Positions 47,364 to 57,804 of a stretch of DNA of 64,000 nt are shown piece by piece. The stretch's first letter is position 1; the number at the start of each line of letters is the position of its first letter. The notes beneath the pieces are model-generated. The model ran no database searches. It was not told the DNA's origin and was given only the letters and a program-made list of their open reading frames with translations. The translations under genes and the position numbers were made by a program. This stretch comes from Bacillales bacterium UBA1719 (GTDB taxonomy: Bacteria > Bacillota_I > Bacilli_A > RFN20 > CAG-826): NCBI GenBank assembly GCA_002317145.1, contig DCIT01000054.1:17322-81321 (forward strand), written 5' to 3'.

Positions 47364-49594
47364 TGGCTATTCTAAGTTGGCAAAGTTATTTAACATTACT
47401 TGCTTGTTGCTTATCTCCAGCGATTATTGCAATAATATTGCATTATTTTTTAAAACGTTGGAAATGGTTTAATAGTCTTAATTATTGGATTAGACAAGTA
47501 TCTATTGGTCTAATCTTTTCTGGTTTAGCTTTATGTTCATTTTACTTTGGTGTTGAATATTCAACTATTGATCCAAGTGGATTATATAAAGATGTTGTAG
47601 GTAATTTTGGTAGCGCGAATGCTTCCCCATTAATTGCTGGATTAGTATTTGGTGGTCCATCAGGATTTATTGCTGGATTTGCTGCTGGCATATATCGTTT
47701 AGTTATTTATCCGTTTGGTAGTGGAGATTATTTAAGAGCGGCTGAATGTATAACTGTTTTAGCCTCTGGTGGATTAGCTTGGTTACTTAGAGCAACGTTG
47801 TTTGATAACAAGAAACCTAGATGGTTTTATGGATTGATTATTGGAATGCTTATTGAAACATTCCATATGTTATTAATATTTACTGTATCAATTGCCCAAG
47901 TAGATTCTGTATATGCTTATGGAATTATTAGAGTATGTGATATCCCTTGCTTTGTTACTGTAGGTCTTTCTGTTGCTCTAACGTTAATAGGAATATCATT
48001 ATTAGAAAAAGAAAAACTAATTAATAAAGTTAAAGGTGGCGATAAACGAATTGCGACAAAGATCCAAAGATGGATGGGATTAACTTTTGTTATCGCAATT
48101 ATTGTTACTTTCTCTTTTACATATTGGGGCAATTATCAAAAAACAGCATATGATATATCGCAGAATTTAAATAATGCAAATTATGATGCTAGAGTAAAAA
48201 TTCAATGCGATGAAAATGTTAAGGTATTTAGTGATTTTGTTGATTCATCAAAAGATTATTTAAAGGCTGCTAAAGATTCAGGAACATATCAAGTTTGTAA
48301 ATATCAAAGAATTGGAAAAATGGGATATACTGTCCTTCTTGATTATGATAGTAAAAGAATTGTTTCTATCCCATATGAAACACTTGAAAAACCAACAACA
48401 TATGATAATAAAATAGGTGTTGAATTCCCTGTTGATACAATTTATCCAGACTCAAAAACTGCTCATTTAAGAGAAGTTGAAGGAGTTATGTATTATTTAA
48501 AGTGGGAAGAAATTAAATTAAATAAAACTTATGATGGTAAATCACATGAACTTCATTATATCGCTGTTGCTCTTATCTCTCGTTCAGAGGCTAGATTAGA
48601 ATTAGGTATAGTAGTTAGATTAACATCCTACTTAGAATTATTAGTATTAATTGGAATATTCGCAGTTATTTATATATTCATTAAGAAAGTAGTTGTTAAG
48701 AATGTTTATAAGATAAATGATTCATTAGATAAGATTACTGGCGGCAATTTAAATACTAAAGTTAATGTTAGATCTAATAAAGAGTTCTCAGATTTATCTG
48801 ATGATATTAACCAGACTGTTGATTCTTTAAAACACTTTATTGATGAAGCAAATAAACGTATTGATGATGAATTAAAATACGCAAAAGAAATACAACAAAG
48901 CGCCTTACCATTAACATTCCCAACAACAAATTTATATGATTTACATGCTTGCATGCATACTGCTAAACAAGTAGGTGGAGACTTCTATGATTTCTTTAAT
49001 ATTGATAAGAAACATGTCTTTATCTCTATGGCCGATGTCTCTGGTAAAGGTATTCCAGCCGCAATGTTTATGATGAGAGCTAAAACATTAGTGAAATCAT
49101 TAATTGAAGCTAATGAATTAAAGCTAGATCATGTTATTAACATGGTTAATGAAGAACTTAATAAAGATAATAAGACAGGTATGTTTGTTACGGCATGGTT
49201 TGGTATTTTAAATACTGAAACAGGAGTAGTTGAATTTGTTAACTGTGGACACTGCAATCCATTAGTAGGTAAATCTCCAAGATTCAATTATCTCAAGATG
49301 GAAAAGAATTGTGTCTTAGGTGTTATTCCTAATATGAAATATAAGTTAGAGAAAGTTACTTTAAAATCCAATGATTCAATAATCTTATACACAGATGGAG
49401 TAACAGAAGCGACGAGTAAGAATAAGAAATTATTCGGAGAAGCTAAACTAAAAGAAGTAGTGAATAAAGCTAAAACTATTACTTCGAAAGAATTATTAGA
49501 TGTCATCCATAAAGAAGTCGATAAGTTCCAACACGGCGCTGAACAAGCAGATGATATAACTATGTTAATGATTAAATTTAAAGGTAAGAAATAA
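47363..49594 (+). CDS. Membrane sensor PP2C phosphatase (5TM-LytS-like N-domain, extracytoplasmic domain, HAMP, SpoIIE/RsbU-type PPM), paralog 1
   Basis: N-terminal TM bundle with LIAGLVFGGPSGFIAGFAAGIYR. PPM motifs GGDFYDF, ADVSGKGIPAAMFM, YTDGVTEA and DDITM. TAATG overlap with the STAS gene. Confidence 0.85.
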   Translation: MAILSWQSYLTLLACCLSPAIIAIILHYFLKRWKWFNSLNYWIRQVSIGLIFSGLALCSFYFGVEYSTIDPSGLYKDVVGNFGSANASPLIAGLVFGGPSGFIAGFAAGIYRLVIYPFGSGDYLRAAECITVLASGGLAWLLRATLFDNKKPRWFYGLIIGMLIETFHMLLIFTVSIAQVDSVYAYGIIRVCDIPCFVTVGLSVALTLIGISLLEKEKLINKVKGGDKRIATKIQRWMGLTFVIAIIVTFSFTYWGNYQKTAYDISQNLNNANYDARVKIQCDENVKVFSDFVDSSKDYLKAAKDSGTYQVCKYQRIGKMGYTVLLDYDSKRIVSIPYETLEKPTTYDNKIGVEFPVDTIYPDSKTAHLREVEGVMYYLKWEEIKLNKTYDGKSHELHYIAVALISRSEARLELGIVVRLTSYLELLVLIGIFAVIYIFIKKVVVKNVYKINDSLDKITGGNLNTKVNVRSNKEFSDLSDDINQTVDSLKHFIDEANKRIDDELKYAKEIQQSALPLTFPTTNLYDLHACMHTAKQVGGDFYDFFNIDKKHVFISMADVSGKGIPAAMFMMRAKTLVKSLIEANELKLDHVINMVNEELNKDNKTGMFVTAWFGILNTETGVVEFVNCGHCNPLVGKSPRFNYLKMEKNCVLGVIPNMKYKLEKVTLKSNDSIILYTDGVTEATSKNKKLFGEAKLKEVVNKAKTITSKELLDVIHKEVDKFQHGAEQADDITMLMIKFKGKK

Positions 49595-51885
49595 TGGCAA
49601 TATTACAGTGGCAGAGTTATTTAATATTACTTGCTACAGCGTTAATTCCTGCTGCCGCAGCAATTTTAATGTATCACATTAATAAACGATGGAAATGGTT
49701 TCAAAAACGAAATTATTGGATTCAACAAGTATTAATCGGACTAGTATTTTCTTTGTTCGCTTTAAGCGCATTTTATTTTGGCGTTGACTATTCATCTATA
49801 ACTTCATTTGGAGCATATAAAAATGTTGTTGGTAATTTTTCTAGCACAAATGCAGTTCCTTTAGTTGCTGGATTAGTATTTGGTGGTCCTGCTGGATTTA
49901 TTTCTGGAACAGCTGCTGCTATCTATCGTTTATTTATTTATCCATTTGGTAGTGGTGATTATTTAAGAGCTGCAGAATGTATAACAGTTTTCCTCGCAGG
50001 TGGATTTGCGTGGGTATTAAGAGTTTGGTTATTTGATAACAAGAAACCTAGATGGTTTTATGGTCTCATTATAGGTTTATCTATTGAGACTATTCATATG
50101 TTACTCATCTTTACAGTAGCCATAGCTCAAACTGATGCTCTTTATGCTTATGGTATAATTCGTGCTTGTGATATTTATTGTTTCTTGAATGTCGGGTTAT
50201 CAATAATACTTGCTTTAATAGGTGTAACGTTATTAGAAAAAGAAAAACTATTTAATAGAATTAAAGGTGGCGATAAAAGAATTGCTACTAAAATTCAAAA
50301 GTGGTTAGCGGTAACTTTTGCAGTTGGTATTGTTGTAACATTTACTTTTACTTTCTTTGGTAATTATCAAAAGTCCACTTATGAAACTGAAAAAAGTTTA
50401 TCAGATTCTAATAATGATTTAGCTGATTTAGTTAAGAAAAACGGAAGAATATATTCTCCTATTATTTATCCTGATGTAGGAACATTAACACCTATTGTTG
50501 AAATAGATCAAGATAGTGGAGCATACTATTTAGCTTGTTCGCATAGAGTTGGTAGAGAAGGGTATGCCATTGTATTAGATTATGAATCACAAAAAATATT
50601 ATCTTTACCAACAGATTTTGGTACAGATTTTAACTCTGATGAGCTTATAGGATTGCAGTTTACTTTAGATGGCAAACGTAGTGGTAATACTCTAAAAAAA
50701 CATGGTTATCGCGAAAATACGATATATCAAATAAAATTACCTGAATATGGTGGAAATAAATCATATGTATGCTTTATGAGATATACTCGTGTAAAAATAG
50801 AACGTAGTGTACCATCTGGGCAAGAAGAGAAATGGAAATCTCCTGATTTTATGATTGTTTCATTTTTATCTAAAACTGAAGCTACTATTAACACAGGAAT
50901 AGTTATCAGGCTAACTTCTTATATTGAATTATTAATCTTTATTTTAATATTTGGAGTCATCTATGTATTCATCAAGAAAGTTGTCGTAGTTAATGTTCAT
51001 AAGATAAATGCTTCGTTAGATAAGATTACTGGTGGTAACTTAAACGTTCGTGTTAATGTTAGATCAAATAAAGAATTCTCAGATTTATCTGATGATATTA
51101 ACCAGACAGTAGATACATTAAAACACTTTATTGATGAAGCGAATAAACGCATTGATGATGAATTAAAGTATGCAAAACAAATACAACAAAGTTCATTACC
51201 AATTATCTTCCCAACGACAACTGCTTTTGACTTATATGCAAGTATGCAAACTGCAAAACAAGTAGGTGGAGACTTCTATGATTTCTTCCCAATTGATAAT
51301 GATCACTTATTCTTCATGATTGCCGATGTTTCTGGTAAAGGTATACCAGCAGCAATGTTTATGATGAGAGCAAAAACGTTAGTTAAATCATTAGTTGAAA
51401 CTAATGAATTAGACTTAAATAATGTTATTGAAGAAGCAAATAATGAATTAGCAATTGATAACTCTAGCGGAATGTTTGTTACTGCTTGGTTTGCGATTTT
51501 AAATGTTAAGACTGGAGAGATTGATTATGTTAATGCTGGTCACTGTCGTCCGTTAATAGGCAAGAATAAATCATTCAAATATTTAAGTATGGATACTAAC
51601 CAAGTATTAGGAGTCCTTCCTGATGTTCCTTATAAACAAGGCAAGATTAAATTAAGAAAAGATGAAGGCATATTCTTATACACTGATGGAGTAACTGAAG
51701 CCACTGATAAGAAAAAGAAATTATATGGAGAAGAAAGATTAATTAATTATATTAATTCTATTGATGTTAAGACATCTATAGAAACTATATCTAGCGTTAA
51801 TAGTGAGATTCAATTATTCCAGAAAGATACCGAGCAAGCAGATGATATTACAATGATGATGCTTATCTATAAGAAAAAGAAATAA
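49594..51885 (+). CDS. Membrane sensor PP2C phosphatase, paralog 2 (tandem duplicate)
   Basis: Same architecture as paralog 1, with long near-identical stretches (e.g. NKEFSDLSDDINQTVD.LKHFIDEANKRIDDELKYAK). TAATG overlap with paralog 1. Confidence 0.85.
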   Translation: MAILQWQSYLILLATALIPAAAAILMYHINKRWKWFQKRNYWIQQVLIGLVFSLFALSAFYFGVDYSSITSFGAYKNVVGNFSSTNAVPLVAGLVFGGPAGFISGTAAAIYRLFIYPFGSGDYLRAAECITVFLAGGFAWVLRVWLFDNKKPRWFYGLIIGLSIETIHMLLIFTVAIAQTDALYAYGIIRACDIYCFLNVGLSIILALIGVTLLEKEKLFNRIKGGDKRIATKIQKWLAVTFAVGIVVTFTFTFFGNYQKSTYETEKSLSDSNNDLADLVKKNGRIYSPIIYPDVGTLTPIVEIDQDSGAYYLACSHRVGREGYAIVLDYESQKILSLPTDFGTDFNSDELIGLQFTLDGKRSGNTLKKHGYRENTIYQIKLPEYGGNKSYVCFMRYTRVKIERSVPSGQEEKWKSPDFMIVSFLSKTEATINTGIVIRLTSYIELLIFILIFGVIYVFIKKVVVVNVHKINASLDKITGGNLNVRVNVRSNKEFSDLSDDINQTVDTLKHFIDEANKRIDDELKYAKQIQQSSLPIIFPTTTAFDLYASMQTAKQVGGDFYDFFPIDNDHLFFMIADVSGKGIPAAMFMMRAKTLVKSLVETNELDLNNVIEEANNELAIDNSSGMFVTAWFAILNVKTGEIDYVNAGHCRPLIGKNKSFKYLSMDTNQVLGVLPDVPYKQGKIKLRKDEGIFLYTDGVTEATDKKKKLYGEERLINYINSIDVKTSIETISSVNSEIQLFQKDTEQADDITMMMLIYKKKK

Positions 51886-51916
51886 TATAATTATTGTGGT
51901 AAGATAATAAAGTTAT

Positions 51917-52936
51917 ATGAGAAGAACAAGATTAATAAATGTTATAGCTATATTTGTAAATTTAGCGATTGTTGGATGTTTTTTTGTTGGATTTTATTTT
52001 AAATTTTTAGAAGCATGCGTTAAAGATTTTCAACAAATAAATAATTTAGGTAAACAAATTTTATCTGCCTTAACTAACTTCATATTCTTAACAGCAATAG
52101 TGAACTTCATAACATCTTTAATTATGATGTTTGTCAATGGCAAATCCGCAAAAGCAATGAGAGATAGAACTCCACGTGGTATCTTTATTTTAAGATATAT
52201 CGCTATGGGTATGTCGGCAGTTAGTTTATTCGCTGTTATATTAGCGTTATTCACTACTCCAGATGCTACAGCTAAAGCAGAATTATTTACTAAAGGTGCT
52301 AACTTATACTTTAATTTATTAATGCCTTTATTATCAGTATTATTATTTGCATTCTTAGAGTTAGAACAAAAGAATCATTTTGCTTATAACTTTATTCCGT
52401 TAGCAGCATTTACTATATATGTCGGTGGCATATTTACCTATATGCTTATGTTAAAAGGTAAAGGCAACTTAGAAGCCGCTGCGAAATTCGCTCCACATCC
52501 ATTCTTCTTAATTACTGAAGAATTAGTTAACGCTTCAGGTTTAGCTAGTGATGTTACTCCATCAGTAGCAAGATCTATTTTAGTAACCTTAATAGCCTTA
52601 TCCTTTGGATTACCAACATTGTTATGGTTACTTAATCGCTTTATGTGCTCTGTTATTATTGGATATGAATATGTTGAGATTGATAATAAAGATAAAGTTA
52701 TTAGACCTATTAGTTATAAAGCCTTACCTACATCTCATAAAAAAGGTGCACCTATCTATCATGTATCAATGTATAAACGTAAATTAGATAACTATCAAGT
52801 TAAAACTCCTAAAAACGAAATCAAAATATTCGCAACTAAAGAAGAGGCAATTGATTACGCTTCTATGTTAGCGAAAAAACAAAAAGGTTCTGTCCGTGTC
52901 CATAAATTCTTAGGACGCTTTAAATATAATCATTAA
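51917..52936 (+). CDS. Polytopic membrane protein with C-terminal DUF2188-like domain
   Basis: About 7 TM segments, then YHVSMYKRKLDNYQVKTPKNEIKIFATKEEAIDYASMLAKKQKGSVRVH, which fits the DUF2188 pattern. Confidence 0.5.
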   Translation: MRRTRLINVIAIFVNLAIVGCFFVGFYFKFLEACVKDFQQINNLGKQILSALTNFIFLTAIVNFITSLIMMFVNGKSAKAMRDRTPRGIFILRYIAMGMSAVSLFAVILALFTTPDATAKAELFTKGANLYFNLLMPLLSVLLFAFLELEQKNHFAYNFIPLAAFTIYVGGIFTYMLMLKGKGNLEAAAKFAPHPFFLITEELVNASGLASDVTPSVARSILVTLIALSFGLPTLLWLLNRFMCSVIIGYEYVEIDNKDKVIRPISYKALPTSHKKGAPIYHVSMYKRKLDNYQVKTPKNEIKIFATKEEAIDYASMLAKKQKGSVRVHKFLGRFKYNH

Positions 52937-53724
52937 TAATTAATATAAGTATCTTTAATATCTTCTATATTACCTGAGTCTACTAACTCAGTAATTGAAG
53001 GATTTATTGGAATTCTACCTAATATAGGTAAATTATATTTTTTAGATAACATATCGACATGAGATTTACCAAATACGTCGATATGTTTTTTGCAATCAGG
53101 ACATTCTAAATATGACATGTTCTCTATGATACCTAATACTTTTACATTCATCTTGTTCGCCATCTCAATAGCTTTAGATACTATTTCACTTACTAAATCT
53201 TGAGGAGTAGTAACAATAATAATTCCATCAATATTTATTGATTGAAATACAGTTAAAGAAACATCTCCAGTTCCTGGAGGCATATCAATAAATAAATAAT
53301 CTAAATCGCCATAATTAACTTCAGAATAAAATTGTTTAACCATGTTTGCAATTAATGGTCCTCTCCAAAGAATAGGCTCAGAATTATCATCTAATAAACT
53401 AGAAGCAGAGACAATCTTAATTCCTTTCTTACTTTCTAATGGAGTAATAAGATTATTCTCAGCATACAAAGGTCCTTTTGTATTAAATGCTTTAGGAATA
53501 GATGGTCCAGTTATATCAGCATCTAATATTCCTACTTTATACCCTTCTTTATTTTTCTTAATCGCACATAAAGAAGTAACTAAGGATTTACCTACTCCTC
53601 CTTTTGCACTTACAATACCTATCGTGTTTTTAATAATAGTTCCTTTAGCAGTATCAATCTTAGTGATTCTACTACCACAATCTTTTTGAGAACAATTACT
53701 ACAATTATGATTACAATCTGACAT
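52933..53724 (-). CDS. Mrp/NBP35 (ApbC) family Fe-S cluster carrier ATPase
   Basis: VSAKGGVGKS P-loop, CPDC motif, and a Cys-rich N-terminus. Confidence 0.88.
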   Translation of the reverse strand: MSDCNHNCSNCSQKDCGSRITKIDTAKGTIIKNTIGIVSAKGGVGKSLVTSLCAIKKNKEGYKVGILDADITGPSIPKAFNTKGPLYAENNLITPLESKKGIKIVSASSLLDDNSEPILWRGPLIANMVKQFYSEVNYGDLDYLFIDMPPGTGDVSLTVFQSINIDGIIIVTTPQDLVSEIVSKAIEMANKMNVKVLGIIENMSYLECPDCKKHIDVFGKSHVDMLSKKYNLPILGRIPINPSITELVDSGNIEDIKDTYINY

Positions 53725-53816
53725 AGAACTATATTATAAAACTTTAATCTATTTAATACATAATCAAATAAATATTTTATTTGATAATGATATAATCATT
53801 AACGAGGTAATTATTT

Positions 53817-55058
53817 ATGGATAAAAAAACATTAAAAGAAATAGATAACGAAGTATATAAAGAAATTGAAAATGAAACGAATAGACAAAGAAATAATATT
53901 GAATTAATAGCATCCGAAAACTATGTGTCTTTAGCTGTATTAGAGGCTCAAGGAAGTGTATTAACTAATAAGTATGCTGAAGGCTATCCAGGAAAAAGAT
54001 ATTATGGTGGATGTGAATTTGTTGATAATGTTGAAAGACTCGCAATTAATAGATTATGTAAATTATTTAATGTTAAATACGCCAATGTCCAAGCACATAG
54101 TGGATCATCTGCAAATATGGCAGTATATAAAGCCTTAGTTAATAATGGTGATACAGTTCTAGGTATGAGTCTAGATGCTGGTGGACATTTAACTCACGGA
54201 TATAAATTATCTTTCTCTGGTAAAGATTTTAAAGCTGTTACTTATGGAGTTAATAAAGATGGATTTATTGACTATGAAGAAGTAAGAAGAATCGCAAAAG
54301 AATGTAAACCTAAGATGATAATTGCTGGTGCCTCTGCATACTCTCGTATTATTGATTTTAAAAAGTTTAGAGAAATATGTGATGAAGTAGGAGCGTATTT
54401 ATTTGTTGATATGGCGCATATCGCTGGATTAATTGCCGCAGGACTTCATCCTAATCCATGTGATGTTGCTGATGTTGTATCATCCACAACACATAAAACT
54501 TTAAGAGGTCCTAGAGGAGGAATTATTCTCACTAATAGAGAAGATGTTATTAAAAAGATTAATTCATCTATCTTCCCAGGATGCCAAGGTGGACCATTAG
54601 AGCATATCATCGCTGCTAAAGCAGTGGCATTTAAAGAAGCTCTAACTCCAGAATTTAAAGAATATCAAAAACAAATAGTTAAGAATGCTTATGCTATGGC
54701 AGAAGAATTTAAGAAACTTGGATATAAGATTGTCTCTAACGGAACAGATAATCATTTATTTACAGTTATAGTTACCTCGGCAGGACTAAATGGATTAGAG
54801 GCAGAAACCTTATTACATAAATGCAATATAACATTAAATAAAAATGCTATTCCTAACGATCCATTACCACCATTTATTTCTAGTGGAGTACGTATCGGAT
54901 CTCCAGCAATGACCACAAGAGGATTTAAAGAAGAAGAAATGAAAGAGACTGCTCGTATCATTGATCAAATATTTAAGAATAAAGATAATGAAGCAGTATT
55001 AAATAAACTTAAAGCGGAGGTTAAAGGTTTATTAGATAAATATCCTTTACCATATTAA
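53817..55058 (+). CDS. glyA: Serine hydroxymethyltransferase
   Basis: SHMT blocks ([23 protein letters not shown]) and PLP-Lys context [12 protein letters not shown]. Confidence 0.96.
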   Translation: MDKKTLKEIDNEVYKEIENETNRQRNNIELIASENYVSLAVLEAQGSVLTNKYAEGYPGKRYYGGCEFVDNVERLAINRLCKLFNVKYANVQAHSGSSANMAVYKALVNNGDTVLGMSLDAGGHLTHGYKLSFSGKDFKAVTYGVNKDGFIDYEEVRRIAKECKPKMIIAGASAYSRIIDFKKFREICDEVGAYLFVDMAHIAGLIAAGLHPNPCDVADVVSSTTHKTLRGPRGGIILTNREDVIKKINSSIFPGCQGGPLEHIIAAKAVAFKEALTPEFKEYQKQIVKNAYAMAEEFKKLGYKIVSNGTDNHLFTVIVTSAGLNGLEAETLLHKCNITLNKNAIPNDPLPPFISSGVRIGSPAMTTRGFKEEEMKETARIIDQIFKNKDNEAVLNKLKAEVKGLLDKYPLPY

Positions 55059-55061
55059 TTG

Positions 55062-57200
55062 ATGATTAAAAAAGTATATTCGATTACCGGCTTTGACTGC
55101 GCAAACTGCGCAGCGAAAACCGAATCATTTTTAAATCATAACGAACATATTGAATATGCTCGTATTGATTTTGCCGGGAATCGTTTATACATTACTTATA
55201 AAGATAAAGAATTATCATTAGAAGAAATTAAAAATTTAATTAAAGAAGTTGAGCCTAATGATATTGAAGTATCAACATCTACTAGTAAAGTTAAATCAGA
55301 AAAACTCTTAACTAAGAGAATGATTATTTTATTAGCAAGAATATTAGTTACAACAATATTAATGTTAGTGGCTAGATTTGCAGTAGATCAATCTTCTTAT
55401 ATTGCTTTAGGATTATATATTTCTTCGATATTAATTATTGGTTATGATGTCTTTTATAAAGTAGTTTATAAAATTATTAAATTACAAAATCCGATTAATG
55501 AATTCTTATTAATTACATTAGCAGTTCTTGGTGTAGTAATTCTTTCAATTGCCTTTCCATCAAAAGAAAGATTTGAAGAATACTTTGAAGCAACGATGGT
55601 AATTCTTTTATTTCAAATAGGTCAAGTAGTGGAGCATTATGCTTCTAATAAATCTAGAAATGCCATATCTACTGCCGTAGATCTTAGAAGCGATAATGCT
55701 ACACTATTTGATGGTGTTGATACAAAAGTTGTTAAATCCGATACATTAAAAATAGGCGATTTAATTATTGTTAAAGTTGGAGAAATTATTCCTGTTGATT
55801 GTGTTGTTATAGAAGGAACAGGAACATTAGATGTTTCTAGTTTAACTGGTGAGTATGTTCCTAAAGTAGTGAATCCTAATGATGAAGCATTATCAGGATG
55901 TTTACTTAAATCAGGAACACTTACATTGCAAGTAAAAGCAACATATCAAAACTCTACTGTTAGTAAGATATTAGAACTTGTTGCTAGTAGTGGAGAGCAC
56001 AAGGCTAAAGCTGAGAATTTTATTTCTAAATTTGCGAAATGGTATACTCCAGCAGTAATTATATTCTCAACAATATTTGCAGTTATTTATGGTCCAGTTA
56101 CTAATAATTGGCAAGCAGCAATTAAGAAAGCTTTAGAGTTTATTGTTATTGCTTGTCCATGCGCAATATTAATATCAGTACCTTTATCTTATTTTGCTGG
56201 TATTGGACTAGCGAGCAAAAACGGAATTATTGTTAAAGGAGCGAATATTTTAGATGAATTATGTAATCTTAAAAAGTTAGTCTCAGATAAAACTGGAACA
56301 TTAACTCATGGATCTTTTATGATTACATCAATTCATCCTTTAAATATAAAAGAAGAAGAATTTTTAGATTATTTATATGCAAGTGAATGTTTATCAACTC
56401 ATCCAATTGGTAAAGCAATTATGCATAACGCAAATAAAAAGAATTATATAAACAAGGTAAAGAATTATATTGAGGAAGCAGGACTTGGTGTGTCTTGTTT
56501 ATATAATTCTCATTATTTAATTGCCGGGACTAGAAATTATTTATCTAAAAATAATGTTGAGGCTCCTTTAGCAGAAGAAGTTGGTAGTATCGTTTATTTA
56601 TCTCTAGATAAAAAATATATTGGATATGTTGTGTTAAGTGATGAGTTAAAGAAAGATGCTCAACCGATGGTGAATCTATTACATCATGCTGGAGTGGAGA
56701 TAGTTTTATTAACAGGCGATAAAGAAGAGATTGCATCTTCTACTTGTAAAGAATTAGGTATTGATCGTTGGCATTCAGAATTATTACCTAGCGAGAAGAC
56801 TAAGTATTTAGAAATGGAGATGAATGATTCTAAAAAGAAAGTAGCGTTTATTGGAGACGGAATTAATGATGCTCCTTCTATTAAGCGTAGTGATATAGGT
56901 ATAGCGATGGGTGGAGTTGGAAGTGATGCAGCGGTTAGTAATGCTGATGTAGTTATTATGAATGATAATCCTGCGAAGGTTTATGATGCTTATAAGATTG
57001 CAAGAATGACTAGAAATAGAGCATGGTTCTGTGTGTTATTTTCTTTACTTGTTAAAGTATCAGTAACTATTGCTGCAGCAGTAACTGAATTGCCTATGTT
57101 TGTAGCAGTCTTAGCAGACACTGGTTTAACAGTGTTAATGATTGTATGCGCTTTCATACTTTTATATCAAAAAGTATATAGACCAAAACACATTAAATAA
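55062..57200 (+). CDS. Heavy-metal translocating P1B-type ATPase (Cd/Zn/Co-type)
   Basis: HMA domain GFDCANCAAK, plus CPC (ACPCAI), DKTGTLT and GDGINDAP. ATG at 55062; a TTG at 55059 is also in frame. Confidence 0.9.
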   Translation: MIKKVYSITGFDCANCAAKTESFLNHNEHIEYARIDFAGNRLYITYKDKELSLEEIKNLIKEVEPNDIEVSTSTSKVKSEKLLTKRMIILLARILVTTILMLVARFAVDQSSYIALGLYISSILIIGYDVFYKVVYKIIKLQNPINEFLLITLAVLGVVILSIAFPSKERFEEYFEATMVILLFQIGQVVEHYASNKSRNAISTAVDLRSDNATLFDGVDTKVVKSDTLKIGDLIIVKVGEIIPVDCVVIEGTGTLDVSSLTGEYVPKVVNPNDEALSGCLLKSGTLTLQVKATYQNSTVSKILELVASSGEHKAKAENFISKFAKWYTPAVIIFSTIFAVIYGPVTNNWQAAIKKALEFIVIACPCAILISVPLSYFAGIGLASKNGIIVKGANILDELCNLKKLVSDKTGTLTHGSFMITSIHPLNIKEEEFLDYLYASECLSTHPIGKAIMHNANKKNYINKVKNYIEEAGLGVSCLYNSHYLIAGTRNYLSKNNVEAPLAEEVGSIVYLSLDKKYIGYVVLSDELKKDAQPMVNLLHHAGVEIVLLTGDKEEIASSTCKELGIDRWHSELLPSEKTKYLEMEMNDSKKKVAFIGDGINDAPSIKRSDIGIAMGGVGSDAAVSNADVVIMNDNPAKVYDAYKIARMTRNRAWFCVLFSLLVKVSVTIAAAVTELPMFVAVLADTGLTVLMIVCAFILLYQKVYRPKHIK

Positions 57201-57222
57201 TGTATAATTAATTCATTCATTT

Positions 57223-57804
57223 ATGAAAGAATTAGAAAACAAAATTCTTACAGAAGGAAAAGTAATCGATAATAGTATCTTAAAAGTAGATTCTTTTTTT
57301 AACTATTGTATTGATATTTCTATGTTAAGATCAGTGGGTAAATTTATTGCCTCACACTTTAAAAATGTTGATAAAGTTTTAACTATTGAAGCGAGTGGAA
57401 TTGCCTTTGCAGTTGCAGTTGCATTTGAATTAGGTAATGTACCTGTTATTTTTGCAAAAAAATCAAAAACAGCAGTGACATCTACTGATGAAAATTATAT
57501 TGCAATGGTTCATTCATTTACACACGGAATTGATAACAATATTTATGTTAGTAAACGTTTCTTAAATGAAAATGACAATGTTTTAATCGTTGATGATTTC
57601 TTAGCGAATGGTGCGGCATCAATTGGATTAGTACAAATCTGCCAACAAGCAAAAGCTAATGTTGTTGGAGTAGGTATTGGAATTGAAAAAGAATTCCAGG
57701 GTGGAAGAAAGAAATTACAAGACTTAGGATGCAAGATTGTATCAGCAGCTAGAATAACAGCATTTGAAAATAATAAGCCTATATTTTCTACGGAGAAATA
57801 TTAA
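57223..57804 (+). CDS. xpt: Xanthine phosphoribosyltransferase
   Basis: MKELENKILTEGKV... is typical of Xpt. PRPP motif VLIVDDFLANGAA. Confidence 0.9.
   Translation: MKELENKILTEGKVIDNSILKVDSFFNYCIDISMLRSVGKFIASHFKNVDKVLTIEASGIAFAVAVAFELGNVPVIFAKKSKTAVTSTDENYIAMVHSFTHGIDNNIYVSKRFLNENDNVLIVDDFLANGAASIGLVQICQQAKANVVGVGIGIEKEFQGGRKKLQDLGCKIVSAARITAFENNKPIFSTEKY

Noticed and set aside
57201-57222. Expected a guanine riboswitch upstream of xpt
   Set aside because: Only 22 nt separate the ATPase stop from the xpt start. No riboswitch can fit, so xpt-hpt is probably co-transcribed with the upstream gene or uses an internal promoter.
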